63,980 bases of DNA, filler included, from a bacterium (GCA_040757115.1; 24 parts of 24 records of this genome joined end to end with filler, not necessarily neighbours in it), one strand, 5' to 3'. Shown: positions 29,108 through 39,059, numbered from the whole stretch's first letter. Numbers and translations are program-made. Notes: generated by a model from the letters alone, not told the origin.

Positions 29108-29209
29108 ATAAGGAATGAGGGGAAAAATGAGAAATTGAATTTGACAAATGTTAAAAAATGTAGTATAGTTAAAAAAACAAAGTTGAAAATTTTAGGAGGT
29201 GTTTGAAAG

Positions 29210-29312
29210 ATGTTTAAAGTAAAAAAAGTATTAGGGTTTTTAGTGGTTTTAAGTATGGTGATTGGGGGAGGTACAGTGTTACAAGCTATGGGTGGGGAAC
29301 CAGCTAAAGAAA
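29210..29312 (+). CDS. Secreted protein, 5' fragment
   Basis: AGGAGG RBS. MFKVKKVLGFLVVLSMVIGGGTVLQA signal peptide runs into the gap. Confidence 0.6.
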
Positions 29313-29587
29313 NNNNNNNNNNNNNNNNNNNNNNNNNNNNNNNNNNNNNNNNNNNNTTAATTAATTAANNNNNNNNNNNNNNNNNNNNNNNNNNNNNNNN
29401 NNNNNNNNNNNNAAGGGGTGAAAATCAAAAAAAAGCAAGAAATTGACGTTTGCAACTCTTTTGAAATCAAGGAGTTAGATGGCAGGAGGGCAATAAGAAA
29501 AAGAGTGCATCTGTAACTACAAGCAAATCAACATGTTGTAAATTTCGTGAAAGGCACGATTACCCAAAAAGAAGGAGGTATAGAAGT

Positions 29588-30619
29588 ATGAGTGGATATA
29601 AAGTTGCGGTTGTGGGTGCGACGGGTGCCGTGGGAACAGAAATGATAAAGGTTCTTGAGCAAAGAGATTTTCCGGTTGCAGAGTTAAAATTATTTGCCTC
29701 ATCGCGCTCGGTAGGGAGAAAATTAGAGTTTAAAAATCAACCAATACCGGTTTTTGAACTGACTAAGGATTCATTTAAGGGTATTGAGATTGCCTTGTTT
29801 TCTGCAGGTGCCTCACGAAGTAAGGATTTTGCACCTTATGCGGTCAAATCAGGTGCAGTCGTCATCGACAATAGTAGTGCCTTTCGGATGGATAAGGATG
29901 TCCCATTGGTTGTGCCCGAGGTTAATCCTCAAGATATCGCCTGGCATAAAGGTATTATCGCTAATCCTAATTGTTCGACGATTCAAATGGTTGTGGTATT
30001 AAAACCACTTCACGATTTTGCTAAAATTAAACGAATCGTGGTCGCTACTTATCAAGCTGTCTCAGGCACTGGTGGTAAAGCCATCCATGAATTAAAAGCC
30101 CAGATAATGGCTTATATTGGAGAATATAAACTGCCGATAGAGGTTTATCCACATCAGATTTTGTTTAATGTTATTCCTCATATAGGTAAATTTCTGGAAA
30201 ATGGTTATACTGAAGAAGAAATGAAGATGGTCAATGAGACAAAGAAGATTATGGGTGATGAAACAATCAGAGTTAGTGCCACGACTGTCCGGGTGCCTGT
30301 ATTTTTTTCCCATTCAGAAGCGGTAAATGTAGAGTTTGAAAAAGAAATAACCCCTCAACAAGCAAGGGAAATACTTCAGAAGGCAAAAGGGGTGGAAGTA
30401 ATTAACAACCCGGTAAATAATGAATATCCGTTAGCCATCAATGCCGCACATAAAGACCCGGTCTATGTTGGTCGGATAAGAAAAGATACCTCTGTTGAGC
30501 ACGGCTTAGACTTATGGATAGTTGCTGATAACATCCGCAAAGGTGCGGCACTAAATGCCGTCCAGATTGCGGAGGAGTTGATTAATAAAGAGAAAAACGA
30601 CTATTCAGCCACTGATTAA
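29588..30619 (+). CDS. asd: Aspartate-semialdehyde dehydrogenase
   Basis: VVGATGAVG, NPNCST and DNIRKGAALNAVQIAE motifs. Confidence 0.97.
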   Translation: MSGYKVAVVGATGAVGTEMIKVLEQRDFPVAELKLFASSRSVGRKLEFKNQPIPVFELTKDSFKGIEIALFSAGASRSKDFAPYAVKSGAVVIDNSSAFRMDKDVPLVVPEVNPQDIAWHKGIIANPNCSTIQMVVVLKPLHDFAKIKRIVVATYQAVSGTGGKAIHELKAQIMAYIGEYKLPIEVYPHQILFNVIPHIGKFLENGYTEEEMKMVNETKKIMGDETIRVSATTVRVPVFFSHSEAVNVEFEKEITPQQAREILQKAKGVEVINNPVNNEYPLAINAAHKDPVYVGRIRKDTSVEHGLDLWIVADNIRKGAALNAVQIAEELINKEKNDYSATD

Positions 30620-30831
30620 CACGGATTAGCACGGATAAATACAGAGAGCAGACGGCAGAGGGCAGATGAGAAATGGGGAAAGGGGGAAACGGAGAAAGGG
30701 AGAAACGGAGAAGGAGAGGAGACACAAGGCACTATATCTGAATTTTCAGCCTTCAGCCTTGAGCCTAATTACGGACACGGATTATGAATTTTCAGTGTTT
30801 CATCCGTGTCCATCTGTGGCTGAATAGTTAC
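30600..30831. mobile_element. MITE family A variant (similar copy 60340-60495; ends at 17644 and 38197)
   Basis: ACTATTCAGCCAC...GTGGCTGAATAGTTAC with CACGGAT tandem units. Confidence 0.75.
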
Positions 30832-30917
30832 AATAAATTTTAATCTTCTTCTCTGCGTCTCTGCGGTGAACGGTGAGCTTTCTCAACAAATGGATAGGTA
30901 AGGTTGATAACAATATA

Positions 30918-31172
30918 TTAGGAGAGAGCGAAAAGTAGTTTGGGAAGAAAAAGGTTCTTGGACAACCCAGGAGCTCTGGCAGTAGAACCTTTTGAAGGAC
31001 TGTATAGAGGTTCAACTATTGGGCGGAGAGGATCCAGATTAAGGAGTTTTAGTTTTTCGTAAACTTCCTTATCTTTTTCTGATAGTTGGAGATTTTTTAT
31101 ATGTTTTTTGACAAATTTTTTATATTTTTTTATGTGAGCGAAGGGCTGGCAACATAAAAATACACCTCCCAT
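30918..31172 (-). pseudogene. Probable transposase N-terminal remnant
   Basis: YEKLKLLNLDPLRPIVEPLYS resembles N-termini of DDE transposases (recall only). No catalytic domain is present. Confidence 0.35.
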
Positions 31173-31467
31173 GTTTTTTAATTTTGTTTAGCTGTTAATA
31201 GCTAATANNNNNNNNNNNNNNNNNNNNNNNNNNNNNNNNNNNNNNNNNNNNTTAATTAATTAANNNNNNNNNNNNNNNNNNNNNNNNNNNNNNNNNNNNN
31301 NNNNNNNACAAATCAATCAGTTCCGTAGGAACGATATATTGGTAGAAAATTTATGGAAAGCCATTTACCGATATATTGTCCCTATGGGACATTATTTGTA
31401 TTTCTAAGTAAAGTTTTGAATAATAACTGCTATAGACAAAATTTTTCCTTCCAGAGAAGATAACAAA

Positions 31468-32289
31468 ATGAGAATAAAAGTAACTTATAGAACTCATAAA
31501 TTACCTATACTTTACCGCCATAGATTTATGGCTTTAATAAAAGAGGCATTGAAAACCTCAGATGAAGGCTATAAAAAATACCTCTACCCTGCCAAAGATT
31601 CTAATGAGTCAAAGAGAACAAAGCCATTCACCTTCAATGTATCTTTACCAGCCCAAAGAACAGCCCAAAAAGAGATAATTCCCATAGATGAAGATTATAA
31701 GGTACCCATAGAGGATACGGTTTTCTACTTCCCGCCGGAGAGCTCACTTTCCCTTTATATTAGTTCAGCTGATTACCAATTCATTATTAATCTCTACAAC
31801 GGACTCCTCTCCCTGAAGGAGTTTGCTTTCAACCCAGAGGTAACTCTTAGATTGGAAAGGGTATTTATGCTCAACGAACACCAGATTACCACGGATGAGG
31901 TAGTATTCAAGACCAATTCACCGGTATCTATGGAGACTAAAGATGATATACCGATATTGCCATTTAGGGATGACGGGGAGCCGCTTGGAGAAGAAGGGTT
32001 AAAAATATTTAACCAGCACTTCAATGCTATTCACAACAGAATCTTAAAGGATATAAGGGGGCAGGAACTATTGAGGGAGATAGAATTCACCCCATTGAAT
32101 TTACGCAAACAGGTGGTAAAGCATACCTTAAAGGGCTTCAGAGAAAAGACAGGGAAGCCCTACATGAATCTGACCACCTTTCAAGGTTGTTTTAAGCTAA
32201 AGGGTGCACCAGAGGACCTTCAGACGCTTTACCAGATAGGTGTTGGCTTAAGAACAGGCCAGGGGTTTGGGATGGTGGAGGTGGGGTAA
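31468..32289 (+). CDS. cas6: CRISPR-associated endoribonuclease Cas6
   Basis: KPFTF motif and C-terminal G-rich loop GVGLRTGQGFG. Confidence 0.92.
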   Translation: MRIKVTYRTHKLPILYRHRFMALIKEALKTSDEGYKKYLYPAKDSNESKRTKPFTFNVSLPAQRTAQKEIIPIDEDYKVPIEDTVFYFPPESSLSLYISSADYQFIINLYNGLLSLKEFAFNPEVTLRLERVFMLNEHQITTDEVVFKTNSPVSMETKDDIPILPFRDDGEPLGEEGLKIFNQHFNAIHNRILKDIRGQELLREIEFTPLNLRKQVVKHTLKGFREKTGKPYMNLTTFQGCFKLKGAPEDLQTLYQIGVGLRTGQGFGMVEVG

Positions 32290-32290
32290 A

Positions 32291-32581
32291 ATGACAAAAG
32301 AAGATATTAAGAGAATAATAAAAGCGAATAAGGGAATTTTAGAACGATATACGGTGAAATCAATTGCCCTTTTTGGTTCTTATGTAAGAGGAATGCAGAA
32401 GGAAAATAGTGATATTGATTTACTTGTAGAATTTGAAATCCCCTCATATAATAATTTCATTAATCTGGTTTGGACATTAGAAAATTTGCTGAAAAAAGAG
32501 GTTACAGTTGTTACTCCCAAAGGTATAAGTCCATATATCTTACCTTATGTTTTAAAGGAGGCTGAAAAGATTGAGGGATGA
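32291..32581 (+). CDS. mntA: Minimal nucleotidyltransferase antitoxin (MntA type)
   Basis: LFGSYVRG...SDIDLLVEF motif. Confidence 0.88.
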   Translation: MTKEDIKRIIKANKGILERYTVKSIALFGSYVRGMQKENSDIDLLVEFEIPSYNNFINLVWTLENLLKKEVTVVTPKGISPYILPYVLKEAEKIEG

Positions 32582-32903
32582 TAAGGTCTTTTTAAGGCAT
32601 ATCCGTGATGAAGTGAATTATATCACAGAAGTAACAAAAGATATAGATTATGACAGCTTAATGGCTAACGGAACTCTTAACAGGGCGCTCTTGAGAAGTT
32701 TAGAAATAATTGGAGAAGCAACAAAAAATATCTCCAAGGAGTTTAAAGAGAAATATCCTGAGATTGAATGGAAAAAGATGGCAGGTCTAAGAGATAAACT
32801 TATCCATTTCTATTTTGGGGTAGACTGGGATACTGTCTGGGATGTTATAACAAAAGAGATTCCCGAGCTTAAAGTTAGGTTAGAAGCATTATTACGAGAA
32901 TAA
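32571..32903 (+). CDS. hepT: HEPN/DUF86 toxin (HepT type)
   Basis: LEIIGEA and RDKLIH (RX4H) motifs. Overlaps the MNT gene. Confidence 0.88.
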   Translation: MRDDKVFLRHIRDEVNYITEVTKDIDYDSLMANGTLNRALLRSLEIIGEATKNISKEFKEKYPEIEWKKMAGLRDKLIHFYFGVDWDTVWDVITKEIPELKVRLEALLRE

Positions 32904-32930
32904 TGAAATTTGAAAGACGGTTAAGATAAA

Positions 32931-33098
32931 ATGAAACATATAACTGAGAAAAGACTATTCTGGTTTTTAAAGGAAGGAACAACCCTTGACCTCTCCAAAA
33001 AGGAGCAGTTGGATATGTATGTCCAACAGATTCTTTCAAGGGGGAAGACATCGGATATCAAAGGCCTTTTTAGGACCATCAGCCGTTTAGATTTTATT
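32931..33098 (+). CDS. DUF6922-like small protein, partial (often the partner of an AbiEii nucleotidyltransferase)
   Basis: LFWF...LDL...YVQQILSRG..SD pattern. Cut by the gap. Confidence 0.45.
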
Positions 33099-33198
33099 NN
33101 NNNNNNNNNNNNNNNNNNNNNNNNNNNNNNNNNNNNNNNNNNTTAATTAATTAANNNNNNNNNNNNNNNNNNNNNNNNNNNNNNNNNNNNNNNNNNNN

Positions 33199-33428
33199 CA
33201 TTGTAATTTTGATATTTGCATTTTGATATTTACATTAAAGTTCTTCTTGCTATCGCTCTCCCCAAAAGAGGAACCTATTTATGAAAAAGCAATTAGGTTC
33301 GCTTTCCTGCTTGCCAGAAGCGAGGTTAAAGCCTCGCACTACAAATCTCTTTGTATTTGTGTTCATTCGTGGTTATATATTCCCTCTGTGTTCTCTGTGA
33401 CTCTGTGGCTATATCCTGAATGGTTACG
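33199..33428. mobile_element. MITE family A right portion containing a GTAG-type REP-like hairpin (copies 42241-42376, 59143-59441; left portions 38305-38444, 63854-63980)
   Basis: Ends CCTGAATGGTTAC. Contains GCGAGGTTAAAGCCTCGCACTAC. Confidence 0.75.
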
Positions 33429-33440
33429 GATTTTCGATAA

Positions 33441-34709
33441 TTATAATGCCCGATAGCCTATATCTTTTCGATAATAAATTCCATCAAAATTAATCTTATC
33501 ACAGGCTAAATAAGCCTTTTCTTTTGCCTGTTTAATATCATTTCCGTAAGCGGTTATTCCAAGCACCCGACCGCCTGAGGTAAGTATTTTATTATCTTTT
33601 TGGATAGTTCCGGCGTGAAATATCATTATATCTTTTTCAACCTCGTCAAGCCCAGAGATTTCTAATCCTTTTTTATAAGCCCCAGGATAACCTGCGGATG
33701 CCAGAACAACACATAAAGTCGCCCGATTATCCCATTCGATATTTATTTCAGATAGATTGCCTTCAAGACAGGCTTTTATAATTGTAATTAAATCTGTTTT
33801 CAATCTTGGCAAGACGACTTGAGTTTCCGGGTCGCCAAATCTACAATTGTATTCTAATACCATAGGTTTGCCAGCGGTAATAATCAATCCTGAATAAAGC
33901 ACACCGATATATTTTCTCTCTTCCTTTGCCAGTCCTTGAATAGTGGGGGTTAGGATTTTATTTTGAATTTCATCCATCATTTCTTTAGTAATAATTGGTG
34001 CTGGCGAATATGCACCCATACCACCGGTATTAGGTCCTTTATCTCCATCAAATATGGCTTTATGGTCTTGAGATGAGACCATTGGAATAACTGTTTTACC
34101 ATCAGTAAAGGCTAAAATAGAGGCTTCTTCACCATGTAAAAACTCCTCGATAACAATTTTATTTCCTGCGGCTCCGAATATTTTATCCTCCATCGTTTTT
34201 TTAATCACTTCAATTGCCTCATCTACGGTTGCACAAATAGAAACTCCTTTGCCTGCGGCTAATCCATCTGCTTTGATAACAATGGGAACGCCCTTTGACT
34301 GGACATATTTTATTGCCTCTTGCGAATTACTAAATATCTCAAATGCGGCAGTTGGGATATTATGTCTTTTCATAAATTCTTTAGCAAAGACCTTACTCCC
34401 TTCAATTAACGATGCCTTTTTTATTGGACCAAAAGGAGTTAATTCAAGTTCTTTAAAGTAATCTATTATACCTTCTGATAGAGGCACTTCAGGACCAACT
34501 ACGGTTAAATCAATTAATTCTTTTTTTACAAAATTAGCTAATTTAGCAAAATAATCAGATGAACCTATTTCAATAGGGACACTTGTGGCAATTTGGGAAA
34601 TGCCCGCATTGCCAGGGGCACAATAAATTTTATCCACCTGACTGCTTTGCTTAAGTTTCCAGCATAAGGTATGTTCTCGTCCTCCTGAGCCAATAACTAA
34701 AATCTTCAT
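33441..34709 (-). CDS. purD: Phosphoribosylamine--glycine ligase
   Basis: GSGGREH, KADGLAAGKGV, GPNTGGMG and RFGDPE motifs. Confidence 0.98.
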   Translation of the reverse strand: MKILVIGSGGREHTLCWKLKQSSQVDKIYCAPGNAGISQIATSVPIEIGSSDYFAKLANFVKKELIDLTVVGPEVPLSEGIIDYFKELELTPFGPIKKASLIEGSKVFAKEFMKRHNIPTAAFEIFSNSQEAIKYVQSKGVPIVIKADGLAAGKGVSICATVDEAIEVIKKTMEDKIFGAAGNKIVIEEFLHGEEASILAFTDGKTVIPMVSSQDHKAIFDGDKGPNTGGMGAYSPAPIITKEMMDEIQNKILTPTIQGLAKEERKYIGVLYSGLIITAGKPMVLEYNCRFGDPETQVVLPRLKTDLITIIKACLEGNLSEINIEWDNRATLCVVLASAGYPGAYKKGLEISGLDEVEKDIMIFHAGTIQKDNKILTSGGRVLGITAYGNDIKQAKEKAYLACDKINFDGIYYRKDIGYRAL

Positions 34710-34716
34710 AACATTA

Positions 34717-34745
34717 ATTATAACCTATTTAATAAAATTAGTCAA
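34717..34745 (-). promoter_or_regulatory. Sigma70 promoter of purD, likely giving a leaderless mRNA
   Basis: TTGACT-17 nt-TATAAT-7 nt-ATG, with no SD. Confidence 0.65.
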
Positions 34746-34804
34746 TAAATTTATTGACATAAAGATTATTTGGTGGTAAAATATTAATCATCTGGAGATT
34801 AGCG

Positions 34805-34958
34805 ATGTATGATATTTTAATTAAAAATGGACAGGTTGTAGATGGTTTTAATGTCCCTTCATTTAAGGCAGATGTTGGGATTAAGGATGAACGAATCGTG
34901 GCTATTGGTAATTTACGCTCAGGCTCATCACAAACAAAACTTATTGAGGCAAAAGATA
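34805..34958 (+). CDS. Amidohydrolase (D-aminoacylase-like), 5' fragment
   Basis: MYDILIKNGQVVDG...ADVGIKDERIVAIG. Confidence 0.75.
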
Positions 34959-35181
34959 NNNNNNNNNNNNNNNNNNNNNNNNNNNNNNNNNNNNNNNNNN
35001 NNTTAATTAATTAANNNNNNNNNNNNNNNNNNNNNNNNNNNNNNNNNNNNNNNNNNNNGGTCATAAAAGTCAAGTTTCTTTTTGTTCACAATCAAAGATT
35101 TCATAAACTCTCCCATGAGGAGAGAAATATTATTAAATATTAATTATAAATTAATTAATAACTATATTAAACATATTATAC

Positions 35182-35391
35182 GAGGTAGCCAACACTGCCC
35201 CTGATGATGGTGATACCAAGATATGTCTGGGTAAAAAGATTAGAATTACTTTCTCTGAAGAAATGAATAGGGAAACGATTGACACGGATACAATCCTGGT
35301 GAATAATGGTGCTATTGTTGGCTCGGTAACTTATGCTGAAGACCTCAGAACCGCATTTTTTATACCGGATAAACCGTTAGAGATAGTGTAA
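35182..35391 (+). pseudogene. Ig-like (Big_5-type) domain fragment
   Basis: Manual translation EVANTAPDDGDT...IRITFSEEMNRETI...AFFIPDKPL, with no start codon. Confidence 0.55.
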
Positions 35392-35451
35392 ATAGAAAGG
35401 AAAAAGGAAAAAAGGAAATTTTTGTTGACTTGATTGATGAGAAGGAGTATA

Positions 35452-36699
35452 ATGATTTGTGTTATGAAAAAAAGGAAATGGTTAGAAGTTAGTTTAATAG
35501 TGATACTTGGTATCTCTTTGCTGACTGGGTGTGGACAGAGAAGTAAGAAGTCAGAAGTGGGAAGTGGGGAGGTAGAGGATGAGAATATAACTGTATCTCA
35601 TGAAAAACTATTGAAAGAGACAACAGGTGTTCAGAAAAAGCAAGGAAAGATAGAAACAAAAGAACTAAGTCAAAATGTAACACCTGAACTGTCAAGAAAA
35701 GAGAAAAAACAGATAGAGGAAAGGATACTAAAAATTGTTAATAGAATAGAGAAGTTTCCTTTTTTTAATCTGGAAGGTATTAAAAGCATTGAAGATACTA
35801 AAGGGAAGGATGTGCCAGATGAAGAAGAGATTAAAAGGTTAATAAGGGAGTTGGTGAGTATTGGTAAAGCCGGTGTACCAACCTTTATAAAAATAATTAA
35901 AGATAAAAAGAGAGATGAAGAAATTCGTATGTTTTTTATCTCGTTAATAGCAGATGATAAGATAAAGGATGATAGAACAGATGAATTTTTAATAGGAATA
36001 ATAAATGATAAAAAAGAGAGTATAGCAATTCGTAATGAAGTAGTTAGTATATTGAATGAGAAGATTGGTAAGAGATTTGCACCTATTGAAATTTCATCTA
36101 AAGAGCAGGAGAAGGTTAAGAAGGAGGTATTAAAATGGCTAAGAAAGATAGAGCGAAAATGTAAATTGTGTTTGGAATATGATGAAAGGGATGCTAGGCT
36201 TGCGGCTGGTTGGATAACAGCTGGGGAAATAGATAATATAGAAAAGATTGGTAAGCCTGCTATTCCTACTTTATTAGAGGTATTCTGCCATAAGAATAGA
36301 AATTGGATGTTGAGAGCCTTTATTGGTGGACCACTTTGTAACTACCTATATTCTTTACGAGAAAAAGGAGAGGAAGATAATAGGATATTTGAACCAGTGA
36401 TAAGAGTGTTAGAAGACAGGAGTGAACATAGATCTGTGCGGCATGAAGCGGTAATAATAATAGGGGAGTTAGGAGATAAAAGAGCAGTTGAGCTACTAAT
36501 TAAATTATACAAAACAGAAGAGGATGGATTAATTCGGATTGGAATAGTATCAGCATTACGAGGTTTGAAGGATGAGCGAGCGATGAATTTATTTATAGAG
36601 ATAATGAATAATCCAAAGGAAGAGATACAAGTACGAAGTGGGAGTATATTTGGGTTAGCAATTATAGCTGAGCATCCTAAATTCCCGCTTTTGATATAA
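35452..36699 (+). CDS. HEAT-repeat lipoprotein, probably 3'-truncated by an IS end
   Basis: LLTGC lipobox and VRHEAVIIIGELGDKRAVELLI HEAT repeats. The last codons come from a 26-mer shared with 5751-5776. Confidence 0.75.
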   Translation: MICVMKKRKWLEVSLIVILGISLLTGCGQRSKKSEVGSGEVEDENITVSHEKLLKETTGVQKKQGKIETKELSQNVTPELSRKEKKQIEERILKIVNRIEKFPFFNLEGIKSIEDTKGKDVPDEEEIKRLIRELVSIGKAGVPTFIKIIKDKKRDEEIRMFFISLIADDKIKDDRTDEFLIGIINDKKESIAIRNEVVSILNEKIGKRFAPIEISSKEQEKVKKEVLKWLRKIERKCKLCLEYDERDARLAAGWITAGEIDNIEKIGKPAIPTLLEVFCHKNRNWMLRAFIGGPLCNYLYSLREKGEEDNRIFEPVIRVLEDRSEHRSVRHEAVIIIGELGDKRAVELLIKLYKTEEDGLIRIGIVSALRGLKDERAMNLFIEIMNNPKEEIQVRSGSIFGLAIIAEHPKFPLLI

Positions 36700-36800
36700 C
36701 TATTCTTTAAAAAAATCAAGAAAATGCAAAAAAAGCTTGACTTTTTGTCAAGATATAGTTATAATATTATTATAACTATAAGGAGGGGATATTATGGCAT
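36674..36800 (+). mobile_element. Probable IS left end (possibly IS1634-like) with promoter, RBS and ATG at the contig end
   Basis: ATCCTAAATTCCCGCTTTTGATATAA is identical at 5751-5776. TTGACT..TATAAT, AGGAGG and ATG follow. Confidence 0.5.
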
Positions 36801-36900
36801 NNNNNNNNNNNNNNNNNNNNNNNNNNNNNNNNNNNNNNNNNNNNTTAATTAATTAANNNNNNNNNNNNNNNNNNNNNNNNNNNNNNNNNNNNNNNNNNNN

Positions 36901-37028
36901 ATTGATTGTGGAAAACAACAAATTTCCATAAATTTCTATTAGTTTCTATTAATTTCAATTTTTTTAATAATATCTCCCTATCTCCTTAATCTCCACATCT
37001 CCTTTTGTTACACCACCTGAACGCTTAC
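36901..37028. mobile_element. MITE family A1 half (copies 38445-38570, 47378-47650, 50802-50922)
   Basis: Ends CCTGAACGCTTAC. Near-identical copies lie at contig ends. Confidence 0.85.
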
Positions 37029-37080
37029 AAACGATTTAATGCTTCAGCTTAAGCCTAATGCAAACAAAGGAAAGAACCTA

Positions 37081-38124
37081 ATGAATTCATTTAAAAGAAC
37101 AGAGAAAGAGATAGATTTGCCTTTAGGGGCTGTTTGGCTTATGAATTCTATATCAGAATATAAGGGAAAACAGGAGCTCTATAAGAAACAATCGTCTCAG
37201 ATTATTAATAGCCTTGTTGAAATGGCATTAATAGAAAGTGCTGAATCATCAAATCGTATTGAAGGTGTAACCGTAGAGAGAAAAAGGCTCAAACCACTTA
37301 TCATAGATAGAACTAAACCTCGCGACAGGTCAGAAGAAGAAGTAGCAGGATACCGCAATGCCCTTGATTTGATTCACAAGAAATATAAAACTTTGGAGAT
37401 AACACCTATGACAATAAAAGAATTACATCGTTTAAGCCATGCAGAGACAGGCGACGCAGGTGAATGGAAGGAAATAAACAACGATATTATAAGAAAAAAT
37501 CCTGATGGCTCAGTTGAGGTAATTTTTAAGCCTGTAGATGCTAAGGATACACCCGCCGCAATAGAAGAACTATGTCTTTTATATAGACATAGTCTTGACC
37601 AGATGAAATACCCCCCGCTTTATGCTGTTGGTTGTCTTATACTGGATTTTTTATGTATCCACCCATTTCGTGATGGGAATGGTAGGGTATCACGGCTACT
37701 TACTCTTCTGGTATTATATCATCACGGCTATGAAGTTGGAAGATATATCAGCCTTGAACGCATCATAGAGCAATCCAAAGAAACATATTACGAAGCCCTG
37801 CAGAAAAGCTCTTTAAAATGGCATGAGGTAAAGCACGATATTTCACCGTGGCTGCATTATTTTTTAGGAACTGTCCATTCTGCCTATAAGGAATTTGAAC
37901 AAAGGGCGAGTAGCATTAAATCGACCAAAGGGGCAAAGACAGAAATAGTGATGCAAATGATAAACAGCCAGCAAGGCGAGTTCTCTATGTCTGATATTGA
38001 ACGATTATGCCCTGGTATAAGTAGAGATATGATTCGCCTTCTCTTCAGACAGATGAAGAAAGAAGGGAAAATCACCTGCCTGGGTAAGGGACAGTCAGCT
38101 AAATGGAAACGAATAGGGGAATAA
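37081..38124 (+). CDS. Fic family protein with C-terminal HTH
   Basis: HPFRDGNGRVSR active site and SNRIEG motif. Confidence 0.92.
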   Translation: MNSFKRTEKEIDLPLGAVWLMNSISEYKGKQELYKKQSSQIINSLVEMALIESAESSNRIEGVTVERKRLKPLIIDRTKPRDRSEEEVAGYRNALDLIHKKYKTLEITPMTIKELHRLSHAETGDAGEWKEINNDIIRKNPDGSVEVIFKPVDAKDTPAAIEELCLLYRHSLDQMKYPPLYAVGCLILDFLCIHPFRDGNGRVSRLLTLLVLYHHGYEVGRYISLERIIEQSKETYYEALQKSSLKWHEVKHDISPWLHYFLGTVHSAYKEFEQRASSIKSTKGAKTEIVMQMINSQQGEFSMSDIERLCPGISRDMIRLLFRQMKKEGKITCLGKGQSAKWKRIGE

Positions 38125-38670
38125 ACCTATAAATAGGGTAATGAATGGGGTAATATAGGGATAAGTAAAACAAACTCGGATTTGCCAATCGTCTCTGTAA
38201 CTATTCAGCCACGGATTAGCACGGATAAATAAGAGAGGACAGAAGGCGGAAGTGTAAGGACAGGGCTTGTCCGTGTCCGTTCCGTAGGTGGACAACCACA
38301 AGGGGTAACCGTTCAGCCACAGAGGCACAGAGTCACAGAGAATTAGAGAAATTAGCCACATAAGGACACGAATTAACCTGTGACATTTGATAAATGTAGT
38401 GCGAACCTTATGGTTTTTGCAAAATTAACTTCCACTTTTCTGGAGTAAGCGTTCAGGTGGTGTAACAAAAGGAGATGTGGAGATTAAGGAGATAGGGAGA
38501 TATTATTAAAAAAATTGAAATTAATAGAAACTAATAGAAATTTATGGAAATTTGTTGTTTTCCACAATCANNNNNNNNNNNNNNNNNNNNNNNNNNNNNN
38601 NNNNNNNNNNNNNNTTAATTAATTAANNNNNNNNNNNNNNNNNNNNNNNNNNNNNNNNNNNNNNNNNNNN

Positions 38671-39030
38671 TGTATAACTTTACTCTGCGACTTATAGAAT
38701 TCATCGATAAGTTGCCAAAGGATAGTGTTTCTCAAAGAGTTGGAGGAATTTGGTAATATCTTTGCTTCAAGTATTTTAACGCTGAAAGGAAAGAGATTAT
38801 TTTACTGAACTTTGACAAATTTGCAAATTCTCTGAAAAACTTAAAACTAAAAATCGTTGATAGTTTATAGTAGATAGTTGATAGTTGAAGGACTATAGAC
38901 TATAAACCATAAACTATCAACTATAAACTATAAACGAGTTTTGCATTTTGATATTTGGAGGAATTTGATAAAAATAGAGGTTTTAAATACCCGTTTAAAA
39001 ACTACAGTTTCCGAGTTTTGCAGAACTCTA
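38671..39030. mobile_element. Family B element containing an internally deleted four-helix-bundle gene
   Basis: YNFTLRLIEFIDKLPKDSVSQR is joined out of frame to KELEEFGNIFASSILTLKGKR. TIR TTTTGCAGAACTCTA at 39016-39030. Confidence 0.75.
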
Positions 39031-39059
39031 TAGGTAGTGGAAAAAAGGAGGAAAAATTT

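Noticed and set aside
33223-33456. Short ORFs within repeats (also 59165-59386, 17648-17881, 3015-3239, 38095-38361, 45758-46015, 53782-53982)
   Set aside because: They lie in MITE or low-complexity sequence, with no RBS or recognisable motif.
36901-38570. Fic gene as cargo of a composite transposon between two A1 ends
   Set aside because: Both elements run off the contig, other inserts intervene, and no outer TSD can be checked.
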